This document shows, one piece after another, positions 19,409-27,709 of a stretch of DNA of 64,000 bases. The position numbers and the translations under genes are program-made. Within the stretch, counting starts at the first letter, position 1; each line of letters starts with the position of its first letter. Under the pieces are notes generated by a model. That model worked only from the letters and a program-made list of their open reading frames with translations. It did not search any database and had not been told where the DNA came from. Source of the DNA: a virus (Duplodnaviria; Caudoviricetes); the IMG/VR virus record IMGVR_UViG_3300028591_000004, positions 32,001-96,000 of that record; one strand, written 5' to 3'.

Positions 19409-19657
19409 ATGCTAAAATGGACAAACTGTTCTTCTCCAGATGGACATACATATTTAAAATGCAAAAGCTGTAAACAGGAATTTTATGTTGTTTCAGCCGC
19501 ATATTACAGTAAAACAATCAATTTCTGTCCTTACTGCGGAGACTACGCACATAGGATTAAAAACTTAAGAGGTAAAGAAGATGAAGACTTTGGAGATTTA
19601 CAAGCAGGATCTGACTCCGGAAGCCCAGGCGAGACTGGAAGAGTTTACGAATGGTGA
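19409..19657 (+). CDS. Zn-ribbon protein
   Basis: CKSC...FCPYCG. Confidence 0.55.
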   Translation: MLKWTNCSSPDGHTYLKCKSCKQEFYVVSAAYYSKTINFCPYCGDYAHRIKNLRGKEDEDFGDLQAGSDSGSPGETGRVYEW

Positions 19658-19891
19658 CGATAACTATGATGTCTTTCCTATTGCAACACTCGAAGTAGAA
19701 GAAGACGATCAAAGCGGATGATCCTGGAAGGAGATTTCAATGAGCATAAAAGATAAAATGGTTTTAAATCAATACGCTCAAAAAATATTCGGGTGTTTTT
19801 ACGACGATCTCTCGGAAAATGAGGCACAAATGCTTATCGGTTATGTTCATGAACACGATCCGGAATTTGAAAATCACAGAGGAATAATTCA

Positions 19892-20170
19892 ATGACCAAA
19901 GCGGAACAGATTAATTTTGCACTTGTCAAAGTCAGCGAGATATTGAACATTATTCGTCCCAACGACTGGGCTGTCAAATATATTAAAGTCGAAGACGTAA
20001 ATTCCCTTGGACTGTCTGAATATCAAAAATCATATTACGGCATTGTTTCCGGAGAAGAATATTTCATGGTCTACATAAGCAATCAGCTGAGATATGTTGT
20101 GAATGTAACCGGTGACAATGTAATGACTTCACTTCAGGAATTAATTGACGTTCTTGCAAAGAAATTTTAA
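19892..20170 (+). CDS. Hypothetical protein
   Basis: SD AGAGGA. Confidence 0.6.
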   Translation: MTKAEQINFALVKVSEILNIIRPNDWAVKYIKVEDVNSLGLSEYQKSYYGIVSGEEYFMVYISNQLRYVVNVTGDNVMTSLQELIDVLAKKF

Positions 20171-20338
20171 AGGAGATCGAACATGGTAAGTAACGCGTTG
20201 AGCTCAATAATTATGTTTACAGAAGCTGTGAGTTTAATCGGTCTCGTATGCACTGGTATCTGTTTAATTGTTTCGTACGCTGGTGAATTTATTGAAAAAT
20301 ACATTGAATGGTAAAACGTAAAGTCTGAAAGGAGAGGA

Positions 20339-21025
20339 GTGTACATGCTTTACGAGGTTGCCGGGAACCTGTTGACAAATGAAAAAATAAATATCTTTTG
20401 TCATCAGACAAACTGCAAGGGAAAGATGGGAGCCGGAATTGCAAAAGCAATAGCTGAAAAATACCCCATTGTTTCTCATGAAAACTATAAATATTGTTCA
20501 AGCATGGGCTACAGCAGGAACATTCTTGGGACAAATTTGTATGTGAAAGTTTCACCCCAAAGAACCTGTGTCAATATGTATGCTCAATACAATTACGGGA
20601 GATCTGGCATTTATACTGAATACGATAAGTTCCAGTCTTGTTTGGACAGATTAGCCGAGAAACTGAACAAATCCAGTCCTTCTTTCAATGTTGGGTTCCC
20701 AGCCGGAATCGGATGTGGAAGTGCCGGAGGAGACTGGAATTTTGTAAAGCCAATGATTGAATACTTTTCAACCGAGATTAAACAAAACGTATATCTTGTT
20801 TCGTACTCGGATGAAAGCAGGCATTTGTTTGATGTCACAGCCATGTTTATAGGCAACTCCATGTCTATCTCAAACGAATGGCATAGAATCAACATTCAGG
20901 TTTTACCCAAAAACTACCTTGTAAAGTGTGGGAACACCCAGAAATTCTACAGTTCGAAATCTTCATTGCTGAATGACTGGCACTGTATTGAGGAAATCGA
21001 ACTTCCGGATCTACCAATGCGTTAA
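20339..21025 (+). CDS. Macro domain protein (ADP-ribose processing; Poa1p/DarG-like type)
   Basis: GNLL, HQTNCKGKMGAGIAKAIAEKYP, PAGIGCGSAGGDW. Confidence 0.85.
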   Translation: MYMLYEVAGNLLTNEKINIFCHQTNCKGKMGAGIAKAIAEKYPIVSHENYKYCSSMGYSRNILGTNLYVKVSPQRTCVNMYAQYNYGRSGIYTEYDKFQSCLDRLAEKLNKSSPSFNVGFPAGIGCGSAGGDWNFVKPMIEYFSTEIKQNVYLVSYSDESRHLFDVTAMFIGNSMSISNEWHRINIQVLPKNYLVKCGNTQKFYSSKSSLLNDWHCIEEIELPDLPMR

Positions 21026-21090
21026 TATATTTTAATCTTACTTAAGGTATAAGGCATAAGGTCATTCTTCATTCTGAAAGGAGCTTTCTT

Positions 21091-21279
21091 ATGCGTATAC
21101 ATGTGTACAAAGACAACGAGGATTTCTATATCGAGTTTAAAGACCCCCAAAATACAGAGCTCAAAGAAGAAAACGAACGATTAACTCCAGAAGAACTTTA
21201 TACAAATAAAAAACTGGAGATGCTTACAAGACTTTTAACAACTGGCTGTAAGTATAAATTGTTGTCCTGTACGCAGTGA
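21091..21279 (+). CDS. Small hypothetical protein (paralog of 17506-17703)
   Basis: SD AAAGGAG. Confidence 0.55.
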   Translation: MRIHVYKDNEDFYIEFKDPQNTELKEENERLTPEELYTNKKLEMLTRLLTTGCKYKLLSCTQ

Positions 21280-21361
21280 AATCAGTTTCGCGAACTGTAA
21301 ATATAACGTCTGTTTGGGCGGCACGGGACAGCCGCCCGGACAGATTAAGAGGAGGATTAAA

Positions 21362-21622
21362 ATGAACAGGGGAATCCGCAGGAAGAACGATTACAATAAA
21401 GCGATCAGGAAGCAGAATATTGCACGTTTTGTTTACGGCTTTCAATGGTACGACAATCTTCACGAATACTCCAAAGGAAAAATTCATTGTTCCTGTCCTC
21501 TGTGCGCGGCCAAGACCAATCCGAAGCGTAAAAGGATTGGGCATGGATATACAATCAAAGACACCAAGAGAGTGAATGAAATGTCGTACGAGGAGGCGTA
21601 TATGTGTGAGGAAGAATTTTAA
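21362..21622 (+). CDS. Small basic Cys/His protein
   Basis: SD AGGAGG; KIHCSCPLC. Confidence 0.6.
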   Translation: MNRGIRRKNDYNKAIRKQNIARFVYGFQWYDNLHEYSKGKIHCSCPLCAAKTNPKRKRIGHGYTIKDTKRVNEMSYEEAYMCEEEF

Positions 21623-22028
21623 ACAGTTAATTCTTAAGTTTGGGGATAGCGGCCAGTTAATTCTTGATCCAGAGGATATTGAATATTTATCAGCTTGGAA
21701 TATTGTAAAGCATTTGATGTTGATTGACTGTTCAAAAGCGATTTACGAAAGAGATATTGCTAAGGATATTTGCTTAATTCTAAAAAAGTCTGCGAATAAA
21801 CAATTTGATTCTTTCGGCACAGTGTTTGAAAGACTTATGTATTCCAGAGACATTGTTACGCTGCGTTTTGTGTATGAAGACGAAACTCAGGAAATAGACG
21901 TCGACTGGAAAGATGAAAATGAATACGGGTCCGACAACAAAAGGCAGACATTTGCAATGAAAGGCGATAGTCTTTTAATTGCGATAGGAAAACTGAAAGC
22001 AAAAGATTATCTTAAAGGTTTCAATTAG
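21606..22028 (+). CDS. Hypothetical protein
   Basis: GTG start after GGAGG (start uncertain). Confidence 0.55.
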   Translation: MRKNFKQLILKFGDSGQLILDPEDIEYLSAWNIVKHLMLIDCSKAIYERDIAKDICLILKKSANKQFDSFGTVFERLMYSRDIVTLRFVYEDETQEIDVDWKDENEYGSDNKRQTFAMKGDSLLIAIGKLKAKDYLKGFN

Positions 22029-22099
22029 GGGCATTAGTTTAACGGCTAAAACTTTCGCTTTGCACGCGAAGGATAAGGTTTCGACTACCTTATGCTCCA
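22028..22099 (+). tRNA. tRNA-Ala(TGC)
   Basis: GGGGCAT/ATGCTCC acceptor with the G3:U70 Ala determinant; TTCGC-TTTGCAC-GCGAA. Confidence 0.85.
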
Positions 22100-22302
22100 C
22101 ATCAGGAGAGAAATCTCCTGAATATGCGGTTGCGCATAAGCATTAATCCGGAGCTTGCCACTCCGGGCCGTCAATTTAATATTGACTGAAAGCGGTGCAA
22201 TGAGTTCAGTCAAAAATGTCGCACAACTCCATTTGCCAGCAATACAATTATTTGTATTATTGCAAACGCGACGTAGGCGGAAACAATTATGTTTCCGTTT
22301 AT

Positions 22303-22389
22303 GCGGATATGGCGGAATAGGCAGACGCCAGAGACTTAAAATCTCTTGCTCAATAGAGCGTGTGGGTTCAAGTCCCACTATCCGCACCA
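22303..22389 (+). tRNA. tRNA-Leu(TAA)
   Basis: GCGGATA/TATCCGC acceptor, long variable arm, CTTAAAA loop, encoded CCA. Confidence 0.93.
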
Positions 22390-22473
22390 GTCCCCCAAAA
22401 GGGGACCGATTTCTGGCAACCGGGAAAGACCGGCATACTAACGGTTGATTGGCACTCTGGAAAGACAGAGATT

Positions 22474-22566
22474 TGCAGGTGACGGAATAGGTAGACGTGA
22501 AAGGCAATAACATAGTGCCGGGGACGCCACTGTGTGCTATGTGAGGTGCAAATCCTCACCCTGTAT
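22474..22566 (+). ncRNA. tRNA-like RNA with 6/6 acceptor/T stems and no anticodon arm (copy 1)
   Basis: TGCAGG/CCTGTA; D-like GGAATAGGTAGACG; GTGAGG-TGCAAAT-CCTCAC. Confidence 0.6.
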
Positions 22567-22570
22567 CTAT

Positions 22571-22655
22571 GCAGCGATGGCCGAGAGGCTTAAGGCATCT
22601 GTCTTGAAAACAGAAGAGTGTAAAAGCTCCGTGGGTTCAAATCCTACTCGCTGCG
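22571..22655 (+). tRNA. tRNA-Ser(TGA)
   Basis: GCAGCGA/TCGCTGC; TCTGT-CTTGAAA-ACAGA; long variable arm; G73. Confidence 0.92.
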
Positions 22656-22661
22656 TTTTAT

Positions 22662-22739
22662 GCTCCACTAGCTAAGTTGGTTGTAGCGACGGCCTTATAA
22701 GCCGTGTCATTAAGCTGGGTTCGAGCCCCAGGTGGAGTA
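22662..22739 (+). tRNA. tRNA-Ile(TAT)
   Basis: GCTCCAC/GTGGAGT; ACGGC-CTTATAA-GCCGT; TTCGAGC T-loop; A73. Confidence 0.85.
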
Positions 22740-22763
22740 CTATTTTTTTTAAAGGAGATTGAT

Positions 22764-22952
22764 ATGCACTTTTTCAAACAAAACTGTGATCCTGCTATTT
22801 ATTTTAACGGGAAAGCCTATCCAACCAGTGTTTATATGCAAGCCTATAACGAAGCCATGCATGATAAACAGCTTGAAAAAGAAATTGACGCTCTGGAAAA
22901 GAAATACATTCAACTGCATTTAGACGTGCTGATGAATGAACAAACCAATTAA
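22764..22952 (+). CDS. Small hypothetical protein
   Basis: SD AAAGGAG; start re-set. Confidence 0.55.
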   Translation: MHFFKQNCDPAIYFNGKAYPTSVYMQAYNEAMHDKQLEKEIDALEKKYIQLHLDVLMNEQTN

Positions 22953-22978
22953 AACTATTTATTAAAGGAGACTGAACA

Positions 22979-23758
22979 ATGGCAAAGAAACTCGTAGCAG
23001 AAGTAACTAACAACGAAGGCGAACAGCAGGAAGTACAGTTCAATGAACAGACGGCGTCCGTGAGAGTAGAAATCAAGCGGGTCCCTGTAGAGAAAGCGCG
23101 TATCAAAATTGTCGGAGACTCTCCTTTGCTGGTCCATGCGTGGAGTGAGAAAGTCAAGAAAGAACTGCTTGCGAATATGCAGATGGACAAGCGGGAGAAA
23201 AAGCAGAAGACCCACGAAAAGAAAGACCCGTTTGCGGACTTTGTCGAAGCTGCTTATTGGATTACTCCGATGCCTGATGTTCGGGGTCTTGAACCCGAGA
23301 AGCAGATTGAACTGTTCGAAAAAGCAATCGACGACGGCGCCCAGTTTGGTTTCCCAGTTATTGCGTTTAAGAAGGCCGCTATTGCTGCCTGCTTGAGTTC
23401 TGGCTTGATTAAAAGTGTGTCTCTGATGCGGCGGTTGTTCCATGTCAATGCTGTGAATGGAGCTCATGTTAAGTCTTCTCAGGAGCTGGCCATTCTGAAG
23501 ATTGAAGAGCCTCCGGAACTGTCTGAAGACGTTGTTAAGGTTGGTCCTTTCAACAATCGTCAGCCAGACCTGAGATATCGCCCTTCTTTCAGGAAGTGGA
23601 GTACAGAACTGGAACTGAGCCTGATTAAAACCGGAATGTTTACGATGGAAGATATTGTTAATGCTATTGATATGGGTGGTTTTATGAACGGCGTTGGAGA
23701 ATGGCGAACCGAAAAAGACGGTGAATTCGGCAATTATCATGTCGAGATTACAGATTAA
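22979..23758 (+). CDS. Stand-alone RAMP/Cas7-like RNA-binding protein (putative)
   Basis: N-terminal IKIVGDSPLLVH strand, GFPVIAFKKA helix-start motif, and C-terminal Gly-rich loop GGFMNGVGEWRTEKDGEFGNYHV, i.e. RAMP layout; strong SD. Confidence 0.65.
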   Translation: MAKKLVAEVTNNEGEQQEVQFNEQTASVRVEIKRVPVEKARIKIVGDSPLLVHAWSEKVKKELLANMQMDKREKKQKTHEKKDPFADFVEAAYWITPMPDVRGLEPEKQIELFEKAIDDGAQFGFPVIAFKKAAIAACLSSGLIKSVSLMRRLFHVNAVNGAHVKSSQELAILKIEEPPELSEDVVKVGPFNNRQPDLRYRPSFRKWSTELELSLIKTGMFTMEDIVNAIDMGGFMNGVGEWRTEKDGEFGNYHVEITD

Positions 23759-23766
23759 GGAGGACT

Positions 23767-24294
23767 TTGATGGCCGCATTTGAATATCGGTTTAAAATGC
23801 CCAAGATGCATAAGGTTTCCGCGGATGTTGCTGGTAAGATTTGTCAGGAGTTGTCTGATTCAGAAGACGGTTTGACTCCCAAGCGACTGGTCGATGTAAG
23901 TCGTAATAAGAACGCTCCTCTTCACGATGAATTTGAATGGGACGACTCCATTGCCGGAGAAAAATATCGTGAGCAGCAAGCTCAGACACTGATCCAGCAT
24001 TTGGTTATTGTTCAAACGGACAATGAGGCTGAAAGGATCGTCAAGCTTACAAAGCAAAACAAAGACTCAGAAGATGCTGAAGTAAAAGATTATCCGGCAG
24101 ATCGTGGATTTGTTTCTACCGGGGAGCATAACACTCGATATGTTCCTCTTGCTTCGGCTTTAACTAATGATTTATGGAGAGCCAGCTTGCTGGAGTCTGC
24201 ACGAAAGGACAGTAGAATTTTTGTGTCTAAGTACAACAGGTTGGAAGAGCTGGCTGAGATTGTCGACGATATGAACAGATTCCTTGGTGCCTGA
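23767..24294 (+). CDS. Partner protein of unknown function between the RAMP-like gene and the array
   Basis: SD AAGGAGG; LTPKRLVDVSR...PLHDEFEWDDSIAGEKYREQQA motif; co-oriented and tightly packed. Confidence 0.7.
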   Translation: MMAAFEYRFKMPKMHKVSADVAGKICQELSDSEDGLTPKRLVDVSRNKNAPLHDEFEWDDSIAGEKYREQQAQTLIQHLVIVQTDNEAERIVKLTKQNKDSEDAEVKDYPADRGFVSTGEHNTRYVPLASALTNDLWRASLLESARKDSRIFVSKYNRLEELAEIVDDMNRFLGA

Positions 24295-24350
24295 AAGTAA
24301 GGAGACACTATAAGATCTCCCGGAGTGGATGAAAGGTCTGAACATGGTCA

Positions 24351-24773
24351 GGCAGCCATGGCGAGTACGGGTCAGTTGTTTTCGGGTAAGCAATGTCAAG
24401 GCAGCCGAGGTGAATTTTGTAAAGGTACGGTGCGCACGGGCAGCCATGTTCTGTTGAGTTGAGCTCTGCCGATGCACGTTAAGTTAAGTTGTGGCAGCCT
24501 AGGATGGGTATTGCACGTTTTGTTCCGCATCGGAGTGGCAGCCACGGTAAGTTCCGTTGGGTTTGTTGCGTGGTGAAGTGCGGCAGCCATGGTGTGTACC
24601 GGAGCTATTGGGAGTGCAAAGGTTTGGCAGCCTTGGTCAGTTGCGTAGTGTTACGGACGTGTATGTTAAGTTTCGGAACGGCAGCCTAGGTATGTACAGG
24701 TCTGTATGGGTCTCGTGCGAAATGGCAGCCAAGGACAGGAGCGTAATGTATAGTCCGCATGGGACGGGCAGCC
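24351..24773 (+). repeat. Array of 10 GGCAGCC repeats with 5-nt-phased variable spacers (putative guide ncRNA array, not a canonical CRISPR)
   Basis: GGCAGCC at 24351, 24400, 24439, 24493, 24537, 24582, 24626, 24680, 24724, 24767; spacers of 42, 32, 47, 37, 38, 37, 47, 37, 36 nt. Confidence 0.9.
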
Positions 24774-24883
24774 GATATAAAATTGTCCGTGCAATGTCAC
24801 AGCCAATCCAATTCGCGATGGGGAGACGCGATCAACAAATATCTCCCTGCTTTTATTAAACGAATAGTGAATTCACCAGTCCC

Positions 24884-24908
24884 GCCGCAAGCGGCTGGAG
24901 ATAAAGAG
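24884..24908 (+). promoter_or_regulatory. Class-A hairpin motif
   Basis: GCCGC-AA-GCGGC-tgga-GATAAAGAG. Confidence 0.5.
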
Positions 24909-24921
24909 AAAGGAGCCGCAG

Positions 24922-25284
24922 ATGCAACTCATCCGACTTAATCTCGACGGGACAACCGAATTAATACCATTCAACCCAAAAGATTCATTTTCCCAAATCA
25001 TCGAATGCGAATACATCGAAATAGTTCGACCAAGAAACTGCAAGCATTCGCTCATCGTAGACGAAGAGGGAAGGTTGAAAGAAAACAAAATAAACATTTT
25101 AGCGTCATATCTTTACGGCACACATTTTCATTATCAGCCTATTATGGGAACAGTGCTTGTTTGTGATATTACGCCATACGGAGAAATAACCGGACTAACT
25201 GATGATTCTGCGATTGAATTTAAAAAGAAACTAGATGACATATATTTGTTTGCGTTTAACATGATAAAGAACGCACTTGAATGA
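24922..25284 (+). CDS. DUF3846-like phage protein
   Basis: IEIV...LIVDEEGRLK...N..AS.LY...PIMGTVLV. Confidence 0.7.
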   Translation: MQLIRLNLDGTTELIPFNPKDSFSQIIECEYIEIVRPRNCKHSLIVDEEGRLKENKINILASYLYGTHFHYQPIMGTVLVCDITPYGEITGLTDDSAIEFKKKLDDIYLFAFNMIKNALE

Positions 25285-25530
25285 TTGTGCAGGCAAATTA
25301 TCTTTTTGAGGATGATGTTTTTTGAAAATTCAGCAAAAGATCGTAACTCTTAAAAACGAAAATCAACTGTATGAAGCAATGATGCGCAGGCCGGATGCAA
25401 CATACGAAGAGAAAGGCAATTACGGTCGGATGATCATGCAAAACAATAAAGAAATCAAAGAGCTGAAAAAAGAATTATATCAGGCAAAAAATGCTAAAGA
25501 ACTCTTAATTGAATAAAGCAAGAGGTTTAG

Positions 25531-25734
25531 ATGACAAAAGAAAAATATCAGGATGTTAAAGGCCTGTATGAAGGCAAACATGCTCCGAAAGAATATCATG
25601 TCTGGATGGTTATAGGCCCGGCAGGACCAATTATAGAGCGGAATATCTGGGGCCTGGATCAGGCTAAACAGTTTGTTCGCGGATCCTGGGATCACGAAAT
25701 CAGACGAGTTGAAGATGGGAGAATTATACCATGA
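25531..25734 (+). CDS. Small hypothetical protein
   Basis: SD GAGG; ATGA coupling to next gene. Confidence 0.55.
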   Translation: MTKEKYQDVKGLYEGKHAPKEYHVWMVIGPAGPIIERNIWGLDQAKQFVRGSWDHEIRRVEDGRIIP

Positions 25735-26345
25735 CATGGACACCTGTAGCGGAACAATTGCCTAAGGATTATATTAACTTGTTGATCACAGTTAAAGAAA
25801 AGAAAACAGGTAAAAGGTATGTAATGTCCTGCGTGTGGAGCAGTGTCATTGATCTTGAAACAGGAGAAATTATCGGCCCTCCGACTTTTGCGGATTTGAT
25901 TTCCGAAGACGGAAGAATGATTTTTGTAGACTACCAAAAAAACAAAAGCATTGAAATTTTAGCGTGGATGCCATATCCAAGTCCGTACGAAGACCAATTC
26001 AGGGTTATCGTTGCCGGATCAAGATCTTTCAACGATTATGCTTTGCTGAAAGACAAGCTTGACAAGGCGTTTTTAAAGCATAAACCAACATCTATCGTAT
26101 GTGGTGAAGCAAGTGGTGCCGACACTCTCGGAAGGCGTTACGCTGAAGAAAACGGCATTAAGATAGACAGTTTTCCGGCGGATTGGAATACGCATGGAAA
26201 GCAGGCCGGCTATATCAGGAACGAAGAAATGGCAGGCAATGCGGATGCGTTGATTGCTTTTCATGTAAATAATTCAGCCGGAACAAGGCACATGATTAAT
26301 ACAGCGAAGAAAATGGGGCTTCAAGTAAGAGTAATTAACATTTAA
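25731..26345 (+). CDS. DUF551-like plus SLOG (YspA/DUF2493-like) fusion
   Basis: WTPVAEQLP...AWMPYPSPY then VIVAGSRSF..Y, CGEASGAD, AGYIRNEEM, GTRHMI. Confidence 0.8.
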   Translation: MTWTPVAEQLPKDYINLLITVKEKKTGKRYVMSCVWSSVIDLETGEIIGPPTFADLISEDGRMIFVDYQKNKSIEILAWMPYPSPYEDQFRVIVAGSRSFNDYALLKDKLDKAFLKHKPTSIVCGEASGADTLGRRYAEENGIKIDSFPADWNTHGKQAGYIRNEEMAGNADALIAFHVNNSAGTRHMINTAKKMGLQVRVINI

Positions 26346-26357
26346 AGGAGAAAACAA

Positions 26358-27005
26358 ATGAAAGAAACAATGACTGTGCATAAGGCTCTGAGTGAACTGA
26401 AAATCCTTGCGGATCGGATCAACAAGGAGATTAACAATCTGACTTTCCTGACAGTGAATAAGCATTCCAATGCCAAGATTGCAGGACAGTCGATTGAAAA
26501 GTATGTTAAACAGGTGCAGGACGACTACAAGTCCGTGATGACCTTGATTAACCGTCGGAATGCGATTAAGCGGGCTGTGACCAATTCCAATGCGATTACA
26601 AAAGTCAGAATTGGAGATGGAGAATATACTGTTGCTGAAGCCATCGACATGAAGGCGAACGGCATCAACTATCCTTATAGCATTCTGAATCGCATGGAGA
26701 CACAGTGGCGTTCTTGCAATGCTATGGCAGATCGGGAAAACGGGGAAAAGCTTGATCGCCGTGCGGATGAATACATAAAGTCTCTGTACGAAAATGCGGA
26801 CATGAAAAATATGTCCAGTGAGATTCAGAAAGTCCGGGAGAACTTTGTCGAGTCTCAAACCATGGACATTGTTGATCCTATCGATGTCCAGAAAGCTATG
26901 CTTAATCTGAAAAATCAGATTGACGCTTTCATGTCTGAAGTGGATTCCGCTCTGTCCGTTTCCAATGCCTTGACAACAATCGAGGTGGAATACGAAACGC
27001 TATGA
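26358..27005 (+). CDS. All-helical coiled-coil protein upstream of a structured RNA candidate
   Basis: MTVHKALSELKIL..RI / TVAEAI / DSALSVSNALTTIEV; biased codons; strong SD. Confidence 0.75.
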   Translation: MKETMTVHKALSELKILADRINKEINNLTFLTVNKHSNAKIAGQSIEKYVKQVQDDYKSVMTLINRRNAIKRAVTNSNAITKVRIGDGEYTVAEAIDMKANGINYPYSILNRMETQWRSCNAMADRENGEKLDRRADEYIKSLYENADMKNMSSEIQKVRENFVESQTMDIVDPIDVQKAMLNLKNQIDAFMSEVDSALSVSNALTTIEVEYETL

Positions 27006-27178
27006 AAGAATTAGCAATTCACTGCTCGATTTATATTCAGAGTCCTGATGGATGGAACGAAGATGATCTTGATGACGATGCTTATAATGCATTGGATGCT
27101 ATCAGGACTGCTTCGTCTCTCCCCGGTGGATGGGATTTTGACTTTCAGATTTACGATACAAACATAAACGACGTATAA
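27002..27178 (+). CDS. Small acidic protein (58 aa, not in ORF track)
   Basis: ATGA overlap with the upstream stop. Confidence 0.45.
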   Translation: MKELAIHCSIYIQSPDGWNEDDLDDDAYNALDAIRTASSLPGGWDFDFQIYDTNINDV

Positions 27179-27185
27179 CAAACAT

Positions 27186-27577
27186 GCCTTGTGCGCGAAA
27201 ACTGTAAATGATATTCACTGCATGTTTCTTCGGATAACCATGCAGCAAATAAAAAACCGAAGACCTTAATAACAGCTTGTGAAAAAAGCTATAATGAGCG
27301 AATCGCACCTGAAATGCGAACAAATGTCTGCCGGGGCTATCATTAAGACCGGCGTAAAGCTCAAAGCATAAAGGTCAAATACAAAAGATAAAAATTTAAA
27401 TTTCAGTTTTTGTGAAAGTTTAAATAAGAATGATGACATTGTCACATAAAGATCAGAGACATGATCAATGCGCCATTGTCGCAAAAGTTCATGCAGTAAA
27501 CCTCGATAAAATCCCGGAGATACGGTTAGCGGATGAATATCCTGCCGCACAGAAAACCGCCGGGCTGCGCACAAGGC
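27186..27577 (+). ncRNA. Putative ~390-nt structured ncRNA with a heptamer tract
   Basis: Perfect 11-bp closing stem GCCTTGTGCGC/GCGCACAAGGC followed by T5; internal hairpins; seven NNAAA(G)N heptamers at 27354-27402. Confidence 0.6.
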
Positions 27578-27709
27578 TTTTTATATCAGAAGATGGTGTA
27601 CGGGACACACATTATGAGTAACAGTTCGACTCTGGTATTCTGGTCAAAACAAAAGAATGCTGAAATAAACTGAAAATAATTTCAACGGTCTGTTTCGTGG
27701 AGACACAAG

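Noticed and set aside
24351-24773. Canonical CRISPR array
   Set aside because: The repeat is only 7 nt, spacers are internally patterned and length-quantised, and no cas1/cas2/cas6 is present; reported as a different array type.
24172-24941. Short ORFs overlapping the array (24172-24477, 24396-24590, 24489-24689, 24557-24859, 24759-24941)
   Set aside because: No SD, odd composition, mutually overlapping; the 5-nt periodicity is incompatible with coding constraint.
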